Below, in pieces: positions 9,779 through 19,528 of a DNA stretch of 64,000 bases (within the stretch, counting starts at the first letter, position 1; the number at the start of each line of letters is the position of its first letter). The notes beneath the pieces were generated by a model. The model saw only the letters and a program-made list of their open reading frames with translations. It ran no database searches and was not told the DNA's origin. Source of the stretch: Planctomycetota bacterium. GTDB taxonomy: Bacteria > Planctomycetota > GCA-002687715 > DRQF01. Position numbers and translations under genes: made by a program. The DNA lies in NCBI GenBank assembly GCA_036479435.1, contig JAZGFI010000099.1, positions 28,569 through 92,568 on the forward strand, in the 5' to 3' direction.

Positions 9779-10234
9779 CTAACTTCCAAACCAAGCGAGG
9801 TCGTCGTCCTCGGCGGCGGCGACATCCAAACTCAAGAGCGCTTCTTCTTGCATGCCGCTGAGCTTGTCCACGACATCACTGAAGTCTTCGGCCACGTGGT
9901 TGTTGCCGTTTTGACGCGGGTCCTCGGGATCAGTGCTACCCGGCGGCATGAACACGACGATCGCAATGATCGCGACCGCCACGGACGCAGCCACCCAAAT
10001 TGACCGTCGTTTGAAAAACAACAGCCGGCCGGCCGGAGTTTCGCTCGAGCGCTGCACCCGCTTGAGAGTGCGAGCGACAAAATCCGCCCCGGCCTTGTCG
10101 GCACCGTCGTCTAAGACCCCGAGCACTCCCCATAGGGCCTCGTCTTCGGAATCGAAGTGCCGACGCAACTCGGGGTGAGCATCACCCGGCTTCAGATCAG
10201 AGTTTTCGTTTTCGGGCTTCGCCATTGCGAACAT
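9779..10234 (-). CDS. Single-TM putative anti-sigma factor
   Basis: Directly downstream of the ECF sigma gene; DFVARTLKRV followed by TM WVAASVAVAIIAIVVF. Confidence 0.7.
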   Translation of the reverse strand: MFAMAKPENENSDLKPGDAHPELRRHFDSEDEALWGVLGVLDDGADKAGADFVARTLKRVQRSSETPAGRLLFFKRRSIWVAASVAVAIIAIVVFMPPGSTDPEDPRQNGNNHVAEDFSDVVDKLSGMQEEALLSLDVAAAEDDDLAWFGS

Positions 10235-10262
10235 CCCTTCCCTTTGAACTTATTCGTCCACA

Positions 10263-10895
10263 TCAAGTTGACTCGTCAGCACGCAAGACCAGGAAATCCT
10301 GGATCTCGCGACTCAATGAGTCCTTCAAGTTGTTCTTCGCTCGGTTCAGCAGCGACTTCACCGCCATGACCGATAGCTCCATCGTCGCGCCGATATCGGC
10401 GTAGGACATCTGCTCAAACCGCGCCAGTAAAATGGCCATCCGCTGGTTGTCCGGCAAGGCGTCGATGGCCGACCGCACTTTGCTTTTCAACTCGACCATG
10501 TCCATGTCCGCTTCCGGCCGGGATCCGTCGTCTTCGATACGTTCGGAGAGCCTTGATCCCTTTCCCTCGGCGTCTGAGTCCCTTTCCTGGTCCAAGGAAA
10601 CCTGAAAATGGCGGGCCGCGCGCCGTTTTTCGTTGAGGCAAACGTTCGTGGCGATGGCCAGCAACCAAGTCTTGAAGCGAGCTCTTGGCTCATAGGTCTT
10701 CGCGGCGCGATGAACCTTCAAGAACACATCTTGGGCGAGATCCTCGACCGGCCCTGAGGGACCGACAAAGCGCTGCATGAAGCCCATCAACAACGAACCG
10801 TAGCCTGCTACGAGTTCCTCGAAGGCGCTTTCATCGCCCTCACGCACGCGGAGCATGCGTTTGACGTCGGGGTCTTCCAGGTACTCGTCGGCCAT
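10263..10895 (-). CDS. ECF RNA polymerase sigma-70 factor
   Basis: GDESAFEELV, EDLAQDVFLKV, FKTWLLAIATN; region 4 LPDNQRMAILL...SYADIG...AVKSLLNRA. Confidence 0.95.
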   Translation of the reverse strand: MADEYLEDPDVKRMLRVREGDESAFEELVAGYGSLLMGFMQRFVGPSGPVEDLAQDVFLKVHRAAKTYEPRARFKTWLLAIATNVCLNEKRRAARHFQVSLDQERDSDAEGKGSRLSERIEDDGSRPEADMDMVELKSKVRSAIDALPDNQRMAILLARFEQMSYADIGATMELSVMAVKSLLNRAKNNLKDSLSREIQDFLVLRADEST

Positions 10896-10907
10896 GGCCA
10901 ATTCCTG

Positions 10908-10933
10908 TAACCCGGGGGCGGGAACAAAGTTTC
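10908..10933 (-). promoter_or_regulatory. Putative autoregulatory ECF promoter (GAAAC-N17-GTTA)
   Basis: Minus strand GAAAC tttgttcccgcccccgg GTTA, ending 12 nt before the sigma ATG; matches the generic AAC/GT ECF pattern. Confidence 0.5.
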
Positions 10934-10965
10934 GAAATTATTGCCGCGCGGCGGCGCCGCCGCGA

Positions 10966-12108
10966 TTAGGAAGCTTCTGACTGGTCCAGCAAGCTCAAGA
11001 TGAGGAAGAGCCGGAAGGTGACGTCGGTGAACTTTTTGTGCTTGCCACGCCAGTTGTCCTCGAGGGGAAAATAGACGTAATCCAAGCGGTTGACCGTCTT
11101 TTCGATGAAATCGTCGGCTCTCACGACACCTTCTTCATCCTGTAAGCCAATGAGCCAGTCCAAAAAGGCGACCGCCTTGGGGACGCGAGTCAACGCCCCA
11201 CACCGGGCCAGGATTTCGAGGTCTTGCAGGAGCTGCCCGACGAGCTTTTGCTCCTCGTAGTCTTTTTGCTCCATGGTCCGGATTGAGAACCGGGTGTACT
11301 TTTCAAAGGTCTTCCCGCCAACTTGCGTAACTTCATGTTCAGCCGGCTTTTGCGAGAACAGAAAGTCCACGAGGCGGTCGATGAGCTCCTGGCCGCCCTC
11401 ACGCTGGCGAAGATTCGTGTTGTGCGCGAGTTGCAGCAAAAGCATGTACTCGGGAACCGGCTGATCGCTGGGGAAAACCGAGCAAACTTCTTCGATCGTG
11501 CCCTCGTCAGTTTCTTTTTCGCGGATGTGCTCACCGACGTAGATCTTGCTCTCGATGTCACCGCGGTAAAAAGAATCCAACTCGGCAAAAAGCTCATCCG
11601 ACTTTCGCTTCACTCCGGCGTCGTTTTCGAAACCAGAGCGGCACAGAAGCGCCATGGCGATCCGCGACAAACGCTTGCGCAAAAAGGCCTGGACGGCCGG
11701 ATCGCCGCCCAAATAGCCGTTCAGTTCGCAAAGATCAATGCTGGGGTCTTCCCACAGCAACCCCTGAAGCAACTCGGAGGTGCTCCAGATAATGGGATGG
11801 TCCTGCCCCCAGCCGTACTCCACGAGGGCCAAATACTGCCAGACGAGACCGGGACCGCGTTTTCTTTGCAGGTTCATGGCCTCAAAGCCCATGAGCGAAT
11901 TGAACCAGGTGCCGTCATCACTGCGGGCCGCGGCGATCGTGTGCGGAGGCTTATAGGAATAGACTTCCTGACGGGCCCCCATCAGGTCGGGGTCGTCGCT
12001 GGGTCGTCTCTGGATTTCAGCGAAAAGCCGAAAACGGATCGAAGGGCAGGCTTTTTCTAAAAGCCAGGGCGTTGGATCCGCCTTCAACTTGTCAGTCCAT
12101 TTGCCCAT
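10966..12108 (-). CDS. Alpha/alpha-toroid (prenyltransferase/squalene-cyclase-like) protein of unknown function
   Basis: PWLLE..PSIRFRL, ARSDDGTW, WLIGLQDEEG and C-terminal VTFRLFLIL pattern. Confidence 0.55.
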   Translation of the reverse strand: MGKWTDKLKADPTPWLLEKACPSIRFRLFAEIQRRPSDDPDLMGARQEVYSYKPPHTIAAARSDDGTWFNSLMGFEAMNLQRKRGPGLVWQYLALVEYGWGQDHPIIWSTSELLQGLLWEDPSIDLCELNGYLGGDPAVQAFLRKRLSRIAMALLCRSGFENDAGVKRKSDELFAELDSFYRGDIESKIYVGEHIREKETDEGTIEEVCSVFPSDQPVPEYMLLLQLAHNTNLRQREGGQELIDRLVDFLFSQKPAEHEVTQVGGKTFEKYTRFSIRTMEQKDYEEQKLVGQLLQDLEILARCGALTRVPKAVAFLDWLIGLQDEEGVVRADDFIEKTVNRLDYVYFPLEDNWRGKHKKFTDVTFRLFLILSLLDQSEAS

Positions 12109-12223
12109 AGCCGCTTTGCTGCTCCCCGTCCCTACTCGATTATCACCCCAGGGAGCCCGCGTTGGCCGGGCCTCCACCCCAAGTGTGGGCTCAGCCTATC
12201 CTGGAAGGCCCGCTCTCACACCC

Positions 12224-13447
12224 TCAGCGCGAATTCTCCGGGTTGGAAGTGACGCGCCCCCAGCGTTCTCGTGGCCAAATGGAAAAAACGGGTCGCCCGA
12301 CCACGTTTTCCGCGATCTCGAGCGCCCCCCAATGGCGGCTGTCACGACTTTCGGGACTGTTGTCTCCCAGGACAAACACCTGCCCCCGCGGGACCTCAAA
12401 TGATGCTCTAACACCATATGCTGCATCAGTTTGCTGCGAGGTGTAGTGGATGTCACGGTCGATTTCAAGCCGCGCCAGGATCAGGCGCGGGGCCCCGACA
12501 ACGCTTAGTCTCAACCAACTTTCCCGGCGGCTCGATGGCCTGGACAACTCTTGGCGAAAAAGCTCGGACCATTCTCGGCCTTTGGCATCCAGCGCGGCCT
12601 CAAGACGCAGAGTTTGATCGATCGCATGGACTCGAATGAGGTTTTCCAGCGAATGGTCTCGGAGGACCTCGTAAAAGAGAGCACCGTTTTCGTCGCGGAG
12701 CGAAAGGTGCCAGCCGGAGTGCCGCCGCTCCAATGCGAGACTCCAGGCCGCTTTGCCGTCCAGAATCTGGGCCAGCTCCAGACTGCCCCCATAGTCGACC
12801 TCGTAAATCTTGAGCGTCAAGACGATGTCCTGGACGATCTCAGTTCCGGGCCGCCAGCGACCTTTGGGGCTCAAATGGTCATCCTTGAAACTCATGGCCG
12901 GAATGCGCGCAACCGCGCCGTCATCGCCGGCCTCGAACTTCAAAAAGTCCCCGCCTGCCGACAATTCACAACGCCCCTTCAAGGGCAATACCATCTCTAG
13001 GTCATTGCGCCCCACCAAAGACCGCCGGCGGCCACGACCACGCAGGTCCAAGTCCGCTAGGCGCAGGTAGGGAACCAAGGTCGATCGGATCTGGCGGTCA
13101 CTTCGCAGCATTGGCTTACCATCAATGAGGGCATCACCATCGCGAATCAGGATGGATTCACCGCCAAAGGCAATGGCCCGTTTAATGACCGTTTTGACCT
13201 CACTCCCGGAACTCCGCATCACGATCGCTTCATAACGCTGTGGAGGGCTTGAGTCGCGCCGAACCAAGAGCCATTGGCCGTCGGCAAATGCCGGCGCCAT
13301 GCTCACGCCCTCGAGAACGTGCAGTTGGAAAAGCGACAGCAGCACGACGATCAGCAAAAGAACTATCGCCATCAAGATGCGGCCACGCGTGAACCAGGAA
13401 CGAAGCCGGGGCGGCGGGGGTCGCTGCGATGTCAGTCCTCGCTTCAC
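12224..13447 (-). CDS. lepB: Signal peptidase I with a large internal insertion
   Basis: TM helix; GVSMAP (Ser), VIKRAIA (Lys), VFVLGDNSPESRDSRHWG. Confidence 0.92.
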   Translation of the reverse strand: MKRGLTSQRPPPPRLRSWFTRGRILMAIVLLLIVVLLSLFQLHVLEGVSMAPAFADGQWLLVRRDSSPPQRYEAIVMRSSGSEVKTVIKRAIAFGGESILIRDGDALIDGKPMLRSDRQIRSTLVPYLRLADLDLRGRGRRRSLVGRNDLEMVLPLKGRCELSAGGDFLKFEAGDDGAVARIPAMSFKDDHLSPKGRWRPGTEIVQDIVLTLKIYEVDYGGSLELAQILDGKAAWSLALERRHSGWHLSLRDENGALFYEVLRDHSLENLIRVHAIDQTLRLEAALDAKGREWSELFRQELSRPSSRRESWLRLSVVGAPRLILARLEIDRDIHYTSQQTDAAYGVRASFEVPRGQVFVLGDNSPESRDSRHWGALEIAENVVGRPVFSIWPRERWGRVTSNPENSR

Positions 13448-14736
13448 GATTGGGGTTCTCCGAATAGAAACTCGCCAGCGATGACGAGAGCCTTCACATC
13501 ATCGGGTGTTCCAGCCCAGACGATGGCCTCCTCGGGATCGTCGAAATCTTGGGACTTCGCGCGCGCAAGATCGACGATGCTGAAATCTGCGTGCATGCCA
13601 ACTTTCAGGGCTCCTGTCGCGTCCAGGCCGAGTGCCTTAGCCCCGTTGAGTGTCGCCATTTCCAACACGTCGCGGGCCCCGAACTTCAACTTCGGACGTT
13701 CGGGTCGGCCGCGTTGCGCCAAGATTGCCAACCTCATTTCCTCGAACATGTCGAGCTTGCCGACACTCGCGCCACTATCGGTACCAAGGGCGCAAAGAAC
13801 CCCAGCTTCTCGCAACTCCAAGAGCGGTGAAACACCGACGGAGAGCGCGAGGTTGGAGCTTGGGCAATGAACAACCGGCGTGTCGGTCTTGGCGAGAATC
13901 TGAATGTCGGCCGCCGACAGGTGCACCGCGTGAACCGCCAAAACGTCTGGGCCGAGGACACCCAACGCTTCCAAGGTGGCCACGGGACTCGCGCCAAATT
14001 GGTAACGCGCCTTACACCGACCCGCCGCAAAGGCTTCAAAAAGAGGTCCGCGCGACCGCTCAAAAAAGTCGGATTCCGCCGGGCTCTCGGCGAGATGAAT
14101 CGAGCTGCGTAAGCCCGCAAACCGCGCCCGTTCCACAACCGCTTGCAGCACCTGAGGCGGGCAGGTGTAAGGCGCGTGCGGCGCAACTCCGGGGAGAACC
14201 CGAAGATGAGCTTGCTTAGCGGCGGCGTCTTTGTCGATTTGCTCGCAAGCGCCGCGGCTGTAGTCGTCGAGATTCGTGCTCATCGACCCGAATTGTTCCC
14301 GGAAAAACACGCCGCGGAGGCCCGTTGAACACAAGGCATCGCGACCCGCAGGGTGGAAGAAACTGTCGGCGACCGTGCCTACACCACCCCCTAGAAGTTC
14401 CTCAACCGCGCGCTCGGCACCTTTACGCAGAAGCTCCGGGTGGTTTTTTGCGGCGTCTATAACTCGGGGAGCTACGCCGCTTTGAAGCCAAGACGAAAAG
14501 TCGAGGTCGCGATCGCCGTTCTTCAAGAAATGGCAGGCGAGATGGGTGTGCGCGTTGACGAAGGCGGGGAGGACGACCGCGTCCGGAAACTCAAGACGAG
14601 CGCCTGAAAACTCCGGCACGTCCCCTTGGCCCAAAGCGGAGATCTTCCCGTCCTCCACGATCATCCAACCCGACTTCAAAGGACGATCGACAATTGGCAC
14701 GAGCCACTTTGCCGCAATGATGAAACCTTCAGTCAA
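13444..14736 (-). CDS. Amidohydrolase (MTA/SAH deaminase-like)
   Basis: PAFVNAHTH, APHAPYT, IHLAES, VHAVHL, HCPSSN, LGTD; probable TTG start overlapping the mgtE stop. Confidence 0.9.
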   Translation of the reverse strand: MTEGFIIAAKWLVPIVDRPLKSGWMIVEDGKISALGQGDVPEFSGARLEFPDAVVLPAFVNAHTHLACHFLKNGDRDLDFSSWLQSGVAPRVIDAAKNHPELLRKGAERAVEELLGGGVGTVADSFFHPAGRDALCSTGLRGVFFREQFGSMSTNLDDYSRGACEQIDKDAAAKQAHLRVLPGVAPHAPYTCPPQVLQAVVERARFAGLRSSIHLAESPAESDFFERSRGPLFEAFAAGRCKARYQFGASPVATLEALGVLGPDVLAVHAVHLSAADIQILAKTDTPVVHCPSSNLALSVGVSPLLELREAGVLCALGTDSGASVGKLDMFEEMRLAILAQRGRPERPKLKFGARDVLEMATLNGAKALGLDATGALKVGMHADFSIVDLARAKSQDFDDPEEAIVWAGTPDDVKALVIAGEFLFGEPQS

Positions 14737-16141
14737 CGAGGTGAGCTCCAAAACCGATGACGAACGCCATGTAGATGGCGCAGCCAATCATGTCGATCAA
14801 CATCGTAATGAAGGGGCCTGCGGAAATCGCTGGATCGACGTTGAGTTTGTGGCAAACGCTCGGAATGGTCGTGCCCAGAACCGAAGAGATGCCCGACAGG
14901 CTCGCGATTGAAGCCATGACGGCCAGTGCCATCCACAGGGGGTCGTTTTCACCCAGAACGTAGGCTGCGATCGCTCCGAAAACGGAGCAAACAACGCCAA
15001 CGAGGACCCCGACTTGCAGTTCATCACCGATGACCCGGGGGATATGGTGGGGATCGATCTCGCCGGTCGCAAAGCCGCGCACCATTACCGCCGAAGACTG
15101 CGTCGCAATGTTGCCGCCGAGCATGGCAATCATCGGCAGAAAATAGGTGACCTCCGAAATGACGTTGGCGTCGCCGACAGAAAACAGCTTCAGCACCAAG
15201 GCACTGCCGAAGCCACCGAAAACAGATACCAAAAGGTAGGGAAGTCGTTTCCGCACGCGACCCAAGACACTGTCACGAGTGGGGCGGATGTCCGCCGAAC
15301 CGGCCATGCGAAAGACATCTTCACTCGCTTCTTCTTGGCCGACCGTCAACACGTCGTCAACCGTCACGATGCCCGCGAGGTCGTGAAACTGGTCGACGAC
15401 CGGAAGCGTGCTCAGGTGATAGGTCTCCATGAGCCGGTAGCACTCTTCGCGGTCGGTCCCGAGCTTGGCACTGACGACATCCGTGGTCATCAGGTCTTTC
15501 ACGAGATCGCTGTTGTCGGCGAGGATCAAATCCCTTGACGAAAAGACGCCGAGTAAACGCTCTTTGGAGAGGACAAAGACATTGTCGATGCTCTCAAAAT
15601 CATCGCGACTTCGAATTAGGGTTTTGACGTCCGCAACGGTCGCTTCTTGGGACGTTGCCACGAAATCCGGTGTCATCAGCCCCCCCGCCGTGTCGGGAGC
15701 GTATTGCGACAACTCGCGGATCTTGTCGGCATGCTGGGTCTCGACGTTGTCGAGAATCCGGTCGCGATCTGACTGACTTAGGTCCTCAACGAGGTCGACG
15801 GCGTCATCGGGAGCGATGCGTTCAAGAAGATGGGGAAGGCGCTCATCGCCATCGAGGGCGCGCAGAAAATAGTCCCGAACTTCGCCTTCGACTTCCTCAA
15901 GGAGGTCCGCCTGCTCCTCAGGTCCCAGGGATTCAAAGATGAGAAGGCGGTCTTCATCATCGAGATGGACGGCTAAATCAGCGACGTCGATCAGGCTCTC
16001 AGAGACTAATTCGCGCAGTCGTCCCCGGTCATTGGGCGCTTCAGGGGCCGAACGAACGCGATCAATCTCGATTTTCAGGGCCTCAGCGAGGCGTTCACGG
16101 TCATTCATCTGCTCTGCATCCTCGGCGGAGGGGAGCGCCAA
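14729..16141 (-). CDS. mgtE: Magnesium transporter MgtE
   Basis: PDDAVDL, TAGGLMT, CBS pair, GGNIATQSS, DPAISAGPFITMLIDM; the start may be ATG 16108. Confidence 0.95.
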   Translation of the reverse strand: MALPSAEDAEQMNDRERLAEALKIEIDRVRSAPEAPNDRGRLRELVSESLIDVADLAVHLDDEDRLLIFESLGPEEQADLLEEVEGEVRDYFLRALDGDERLPHLLERIAPDDAVDLVEDLSQSDRDRILDNVETQHADKIRELSQYAPDTAGGLMTPDFVATSQEATVADVKTLIRSRDDFESIDNVFVLSKERLLGVFSSRDLILADNSDLVKDLMTTDVVSAKLGTDREECYRLMETYHLSTLPVVDQFHDLAGIVTVDDVLTVGQEEASEDVFRMAGSADIRPTRDSVLGRVRKRLPYLLVSVFGGFGSALVLKLFSVGDANVISEVTYFLPMIAMLGGNIATQSSAVMVRGFATGEIDPHHIPRVIGDELQVGVLVGVVCSVFGAIAAYVLGENDPLWMALAVMASIASLSGISSVLGTTIPSVCHKLNVDPAISAGPFITMLIDMIGCAIYMAFVIGFGAHLVD

Positions 16142-16471
16142 TTTCCCGGATTCGTCATAACAAGCTGGTCAATTTGGGGTCCGGCCAGCGATTTTTTGCG
16201 TCTTTTTCTGCGGGCGGAAGTCCCTTTGACTAAGGAGCTTGGGTTCCAGGGCTCCGCCGAGGCAATTTGAGCTTCGATGGCCCGAGACTCAAGCCGTACA
16301 AGAGTTTACGACCCAAGATCGGGCTCGGGGAGCCGCCGGCAGGTCTTGAGCCGAAAACTCGAAATCCCGAGCCTTCAGGTAGTATGAGTTCAGACCTCGG
16401 GCTTACGGGACCCGACGAAACGGACCGATCGAACCGCTGCGACTAGCCGCAAGCGGAAAGGCAGGTATAAG

Positions 16472-17599
16472 ATGCAAAAGACCCGTACCGAAGCGTCGCA
16501 GCTTCGCAATCTCTTCATTCAGGCTGACGAACTCGAGCGCGTTTCGCGCCAACTCGAGTCGGATCCCGAGCCCGAAGCGGCGACGAGCCTGCTCGAGAAC
16601 AAGGCCCAGGCGCGCCGTCACCTCCGCGATAGCTTCAAAAAGGCCCGGCCTTTGGTGTTTGAACGCATGTTCGCCGGACTCGAAGGTGCCACGGCAGAAC
16701 GCGACGACATGGCCTTGGCGCTGTTGCTCCTCAACCGCCGCATCCGCGAGGGCGATGCCGGACTGTGCGGTCGTGAATTGCTCTGGCTCCTTTACGACAA
16801 CAGTTACGACGTCCTGGCGGCAGTCCCGCGCCTTGGTCCCAAGGGGGCCTTGGCCCGCGCCAAGCTCGTCGTTTCCTGGCCAGATCCCGATCTCGAAAGC
16901 CATGATCTCCTCGATCAGGTTTATGCGCTAGCGCCCGAAGCCTATGACCGCGTCATCGGCAGCGATTCGGGTTCTGCTGCGGATGAGGGCCTGCCCTTTA
17001 GCGACAGTATCGATCACGCCCTAGGCCTTTACGAGTACGCACAGACTCACCAGCGCCGCGCCGCAAAGGTCTTCATAGAGGGTCTCTGGCGAAGTGATTA
17101 CGGAGAACCAGAGGAGACCATAGAGAGTCTCGACGCGGAAATCGATCGCATGAAGGCGGACATCAACCGTCGCCACGCCAAGGCCTCGAATCCTGAGCTT
17201 TTCAGCCTCACCAGTTTGAAGAGCGACTTCGGATTGAGCGGCGTCGAGCTTTTGATGGTCGTGCAACTACTGCTGCAAGAGGCACTCGGCGGCCAGGGCT
17301 CCATCGACGCCATCGACTTGCTCCGCCTCGTTAGCCGATCAGAAAGAGACTTGCTGCGCAAGCGCGCCCTGCTGGCGGAGGATTCCAAGTTGATTCAGAT
17401 GGGAATCGTCGTGCTCGATGAAGGCTATGCCGACAGGGGCCTGACCGGGCAAGCGTCCTTAAATGGATGGGTAACCCAGCGGCTTTTGGATGACCCCCTA
17501 GCGCAAAAACAGGAAATCGAGGTCGATGAGAGAATCCAGTTCCACAAGTACCTTGGCGATCTCCACAACAGCGCGGATTTCTACCGCCGCTTGGATTAA
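16472..17599 (+). CDS. Hypothetical protein with a C-terminal winged-helix-like domain
   Basis: 375-aa ORF; LTSLKSDFGLSGVE...LLAEDSKLIQMGIV. Confidence 0.6.
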   Translation: MQKTRTEASQLRNLFIQADELERVSRQLESDPEPEAATSLLENKAQARRHLRDSFKKARPLVFERMFAGLEGATAERDDMALALLLLNRRIREGDAGLCGRELLWLLYDNSYDVLAAVPRLGPKGALARAKLVVSWPDPDLESHDLLDQVYALAPEAYDRVIGSDSGSAADEGLPFSDSIDHALGLYEYAQTHQRRAAKVFIEGLWRSDYGEPEETIESLDAEIDRMKADINRRHAKASNPELFSLTSLKSDFGLSGVELLMVVQLLLQEALGGQGSIDAIDLLRLVSRSERDLLRKRALLAEDSKLIQMGIVVLDEGYADRGLTGQASLNGWVTQRLLDDPLAQKQEIEVDERIQFHKYLGDLHNSADFYRRLD

Positions 17600-17696
17600 G
17601 GCCTAGGGCTCAGGGTGCCCAAAGCCGCCACAAAGACGGTCCGAGTAGGGCGGGTCCAGAGGTTTCCGTCGGCGAGGCTTCGTGTAGACTCATCGC

Positions 17697-18362
17697 ATGA
17701 AGCGAGACCAGAAAATCAGCAAGGTCTACGCGCAGGTTCAAAAGAGCCTTGCTGCGGAGTTCGACCGTAAAATCTACTGCGAAGTCGCAAAGCAACTCGA
17801 CCGAGATGGCGACCTTAAGCGTACTCTAGCGGCGGCGCGACTCGTGATCGAACTGGATCCACAATCGGCGATCGCTCACTTCGAGTTGGCCAAGTACCTC
17901 ATCAAAAGTGGTGACTACCTTGAGGGCGGCAAACAGCTGGAAGTCTGTAGCGAACTCGATTCCGTCGAAGTCGCGGGTCGCCGTTGGCAAAACAACAACC
18001 TCTACTACATCGCCTACGTCTTCTTTAATCTCGGCCGCTATCAAGAGGCCGCTGACGCCTTTAGGGGAGCGCAAAACCTCATCGACATTTGGAGCGACCC
18101 GGTCGTGCTGAAGAACTTCTTGTGGCACCAGGGTTTTGCCCTCCATGAATGCGGTCAGTTCTTGGATGCTGCGGAATGCTACCGCCGGGCCATGGTCGCG
18201 CCCGGCCCCGGTGACTCCTGTATCGAAGACGAGATGGACGAAGACGAAGTCGAGGCGGCGCAAGCCTTGAACGACGAGATCGAACCCTACATGGAGCTCG
18301 CGCAAAAAGGAGTCGCCTTAGAGTTGAACGCGGTCGAAGTGACGCCCGCGTTTTCGACCTAG
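17697..18362 (+). CDS. TPR protein
   Basis: AHFELAKYL, YVFFNLGRYQEAADAF, GQFLDAAECYRRAM. Confidence 0.8.
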   Translation: MKRDQKISKVYAQVQKSLAAEFDRKIYCEVAKQLDRDGDLKRTLAAARLVIELDPQSAIAHFELAKYLIKSGDYLEGGKQLEVCSELDSVEVAGRRWQNNNLYYIAYVFFNLGRYQEAADAFRGAQNLIDIWSDPVVLKNFLWHQGFALHECGQFLDAAECYRRAMVAPGPGDSCIEDEMDEDEVEAAQALNDEIEPYMELAQKGVALELNAVEVTPAFST

Positions 18363-18386
18363 GCAAAGCCCAAGGCAACTCTCTCA

Positions 18387-19520
18387 ATGCGTCGAATCCT
18401 CGTTCTCGAACCCTACGATGGCGGATCTCACGCACGCTTTTTGAATGACCTAGCGCGACAGTTTCCGAACGATCACTTCGAGCGAATGTCTCTACCCGCC
18501 CGGAGCTGGAAATGGCGCATGCGGTTCGCAGCAATTGAGTTCGCGAAACGCTGCCGCGAACTCGATGATGGCGGCGCCGCCTTTGATTTCATCATCGCTT
18601 CCACCTTCATCAACCTTGCCGAGTTTCGAGCCCTTGCCCCCGCGGCTATCGGAGCCTTGCCCTCGATCCTCTATTTTCATGAGAACCAACTGGCCTATCC
18701 CAATCAGGTCGCCGATAAACGCGATGTCCATTTTGGGATCACCAACATCATTGCGGCACTTGCCGCGACGCGGCTGGTATTCAACACACGCTACAACCTC
18801 GACAGTTTCCTCGGCGCCATCCCCGACCTGATACGCAAAGCGCCGGATATGGACTTGGGCTTTGTTCTTGAGGAACTATGTCAAAAATCAAATGTGTTTC
18901 CGGTGCCGCTCGATTTGGATTTGGAACCATCCCTTGTCGCGGCCCGTTCTCAAGATGCGTCCCCCATCGTCGTTTGGAATCACCGCTGGGAGCACGACAA
19001 AGCCCCCGAGGCGTTTTTCCAAGCTCTCTTCGCCCTCGCAGATCAGGGACTGGATTTTCGGGTTGCCGTAGCGGGCCAAAACTTCGAGCATCGCCCCAAG
19101 ATATTTGATGAGGCCAAAGCAAGGCTGGGCCCGCGGATTTGCCAATGGGGTGCGGTCAAGACTCGAGTTGACTACCTCGAATTACTGCGCCGCAGCACCG
19201 TTTGCGTTTCAACTGCGCTCCACGAGTTTCAAGGATTGAGTGTTCTTGAGGCCGCCGCCCAAGGTTGCCACTTGGTCTTGCCCGACCGCCTGAGCTACCC
19301 GGAGCTGTTTCCAAGCCTTGCGCGCTACGATAACCGGCCAGGGCTGGAGCGCATGCTCAATGAGATCTTGAGCCGCCGCCCGGCGGTCGACGAGGCCCTT
19401 GTTGAACGCGCTCGGGAATTCGCCTGGAGCCAGTGGCGCCCGGTCTATGACCGTTTCTTTGAAGAACTGGCCCCAGACTCTCTGAATCCGCCCCGTGAAG
19501 AGCCGCCGAAATCGAGTTAA
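18387..19520 (+). CDS. GT-B glycosyltransferase, DUF3524 / GTDC1(QTMAN)-like
   Basis: LEPYDGGSH, LPARSWKWRMR, YFHENQL, WNHRWEHDK, HEFQGLSVLEA, PDRLSYPE. Confidence 0.88.
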   Translation: MRRILVLEPYDGGSHARFLNDLARQFPNDHFERMSLPARSWKWRMRFAAIEFAKRCRELDDGGAAFDFIIASTFINLAEFRALAPAAIGALPSILYFHENQLAYPNQVADKRDVHFGITNIIAALAATRLVFNTRYNLDSFLGAIPDLIRKAPDMDLGFVLEELCQKSNVFPVPLDLDLEPSLVAARSQDASPIVVWNHRWEHDKAPEAFFQALFALADQGLDFRVAVAGQNFEHRPKIFDEAKARLGPRICQWGAVKTRVDYLELLRRSTVCVSTALHEFQGLSVLEAAAQGCHLVLPDRLSYPELFPSLARYDNRPGLERMLNEILSRRPAVDEALVERAREFAWSQWRPVYDRFFEELAPDSLNPPREEPPKSS

Positions 19521-19528
19521 AGTGAGGC

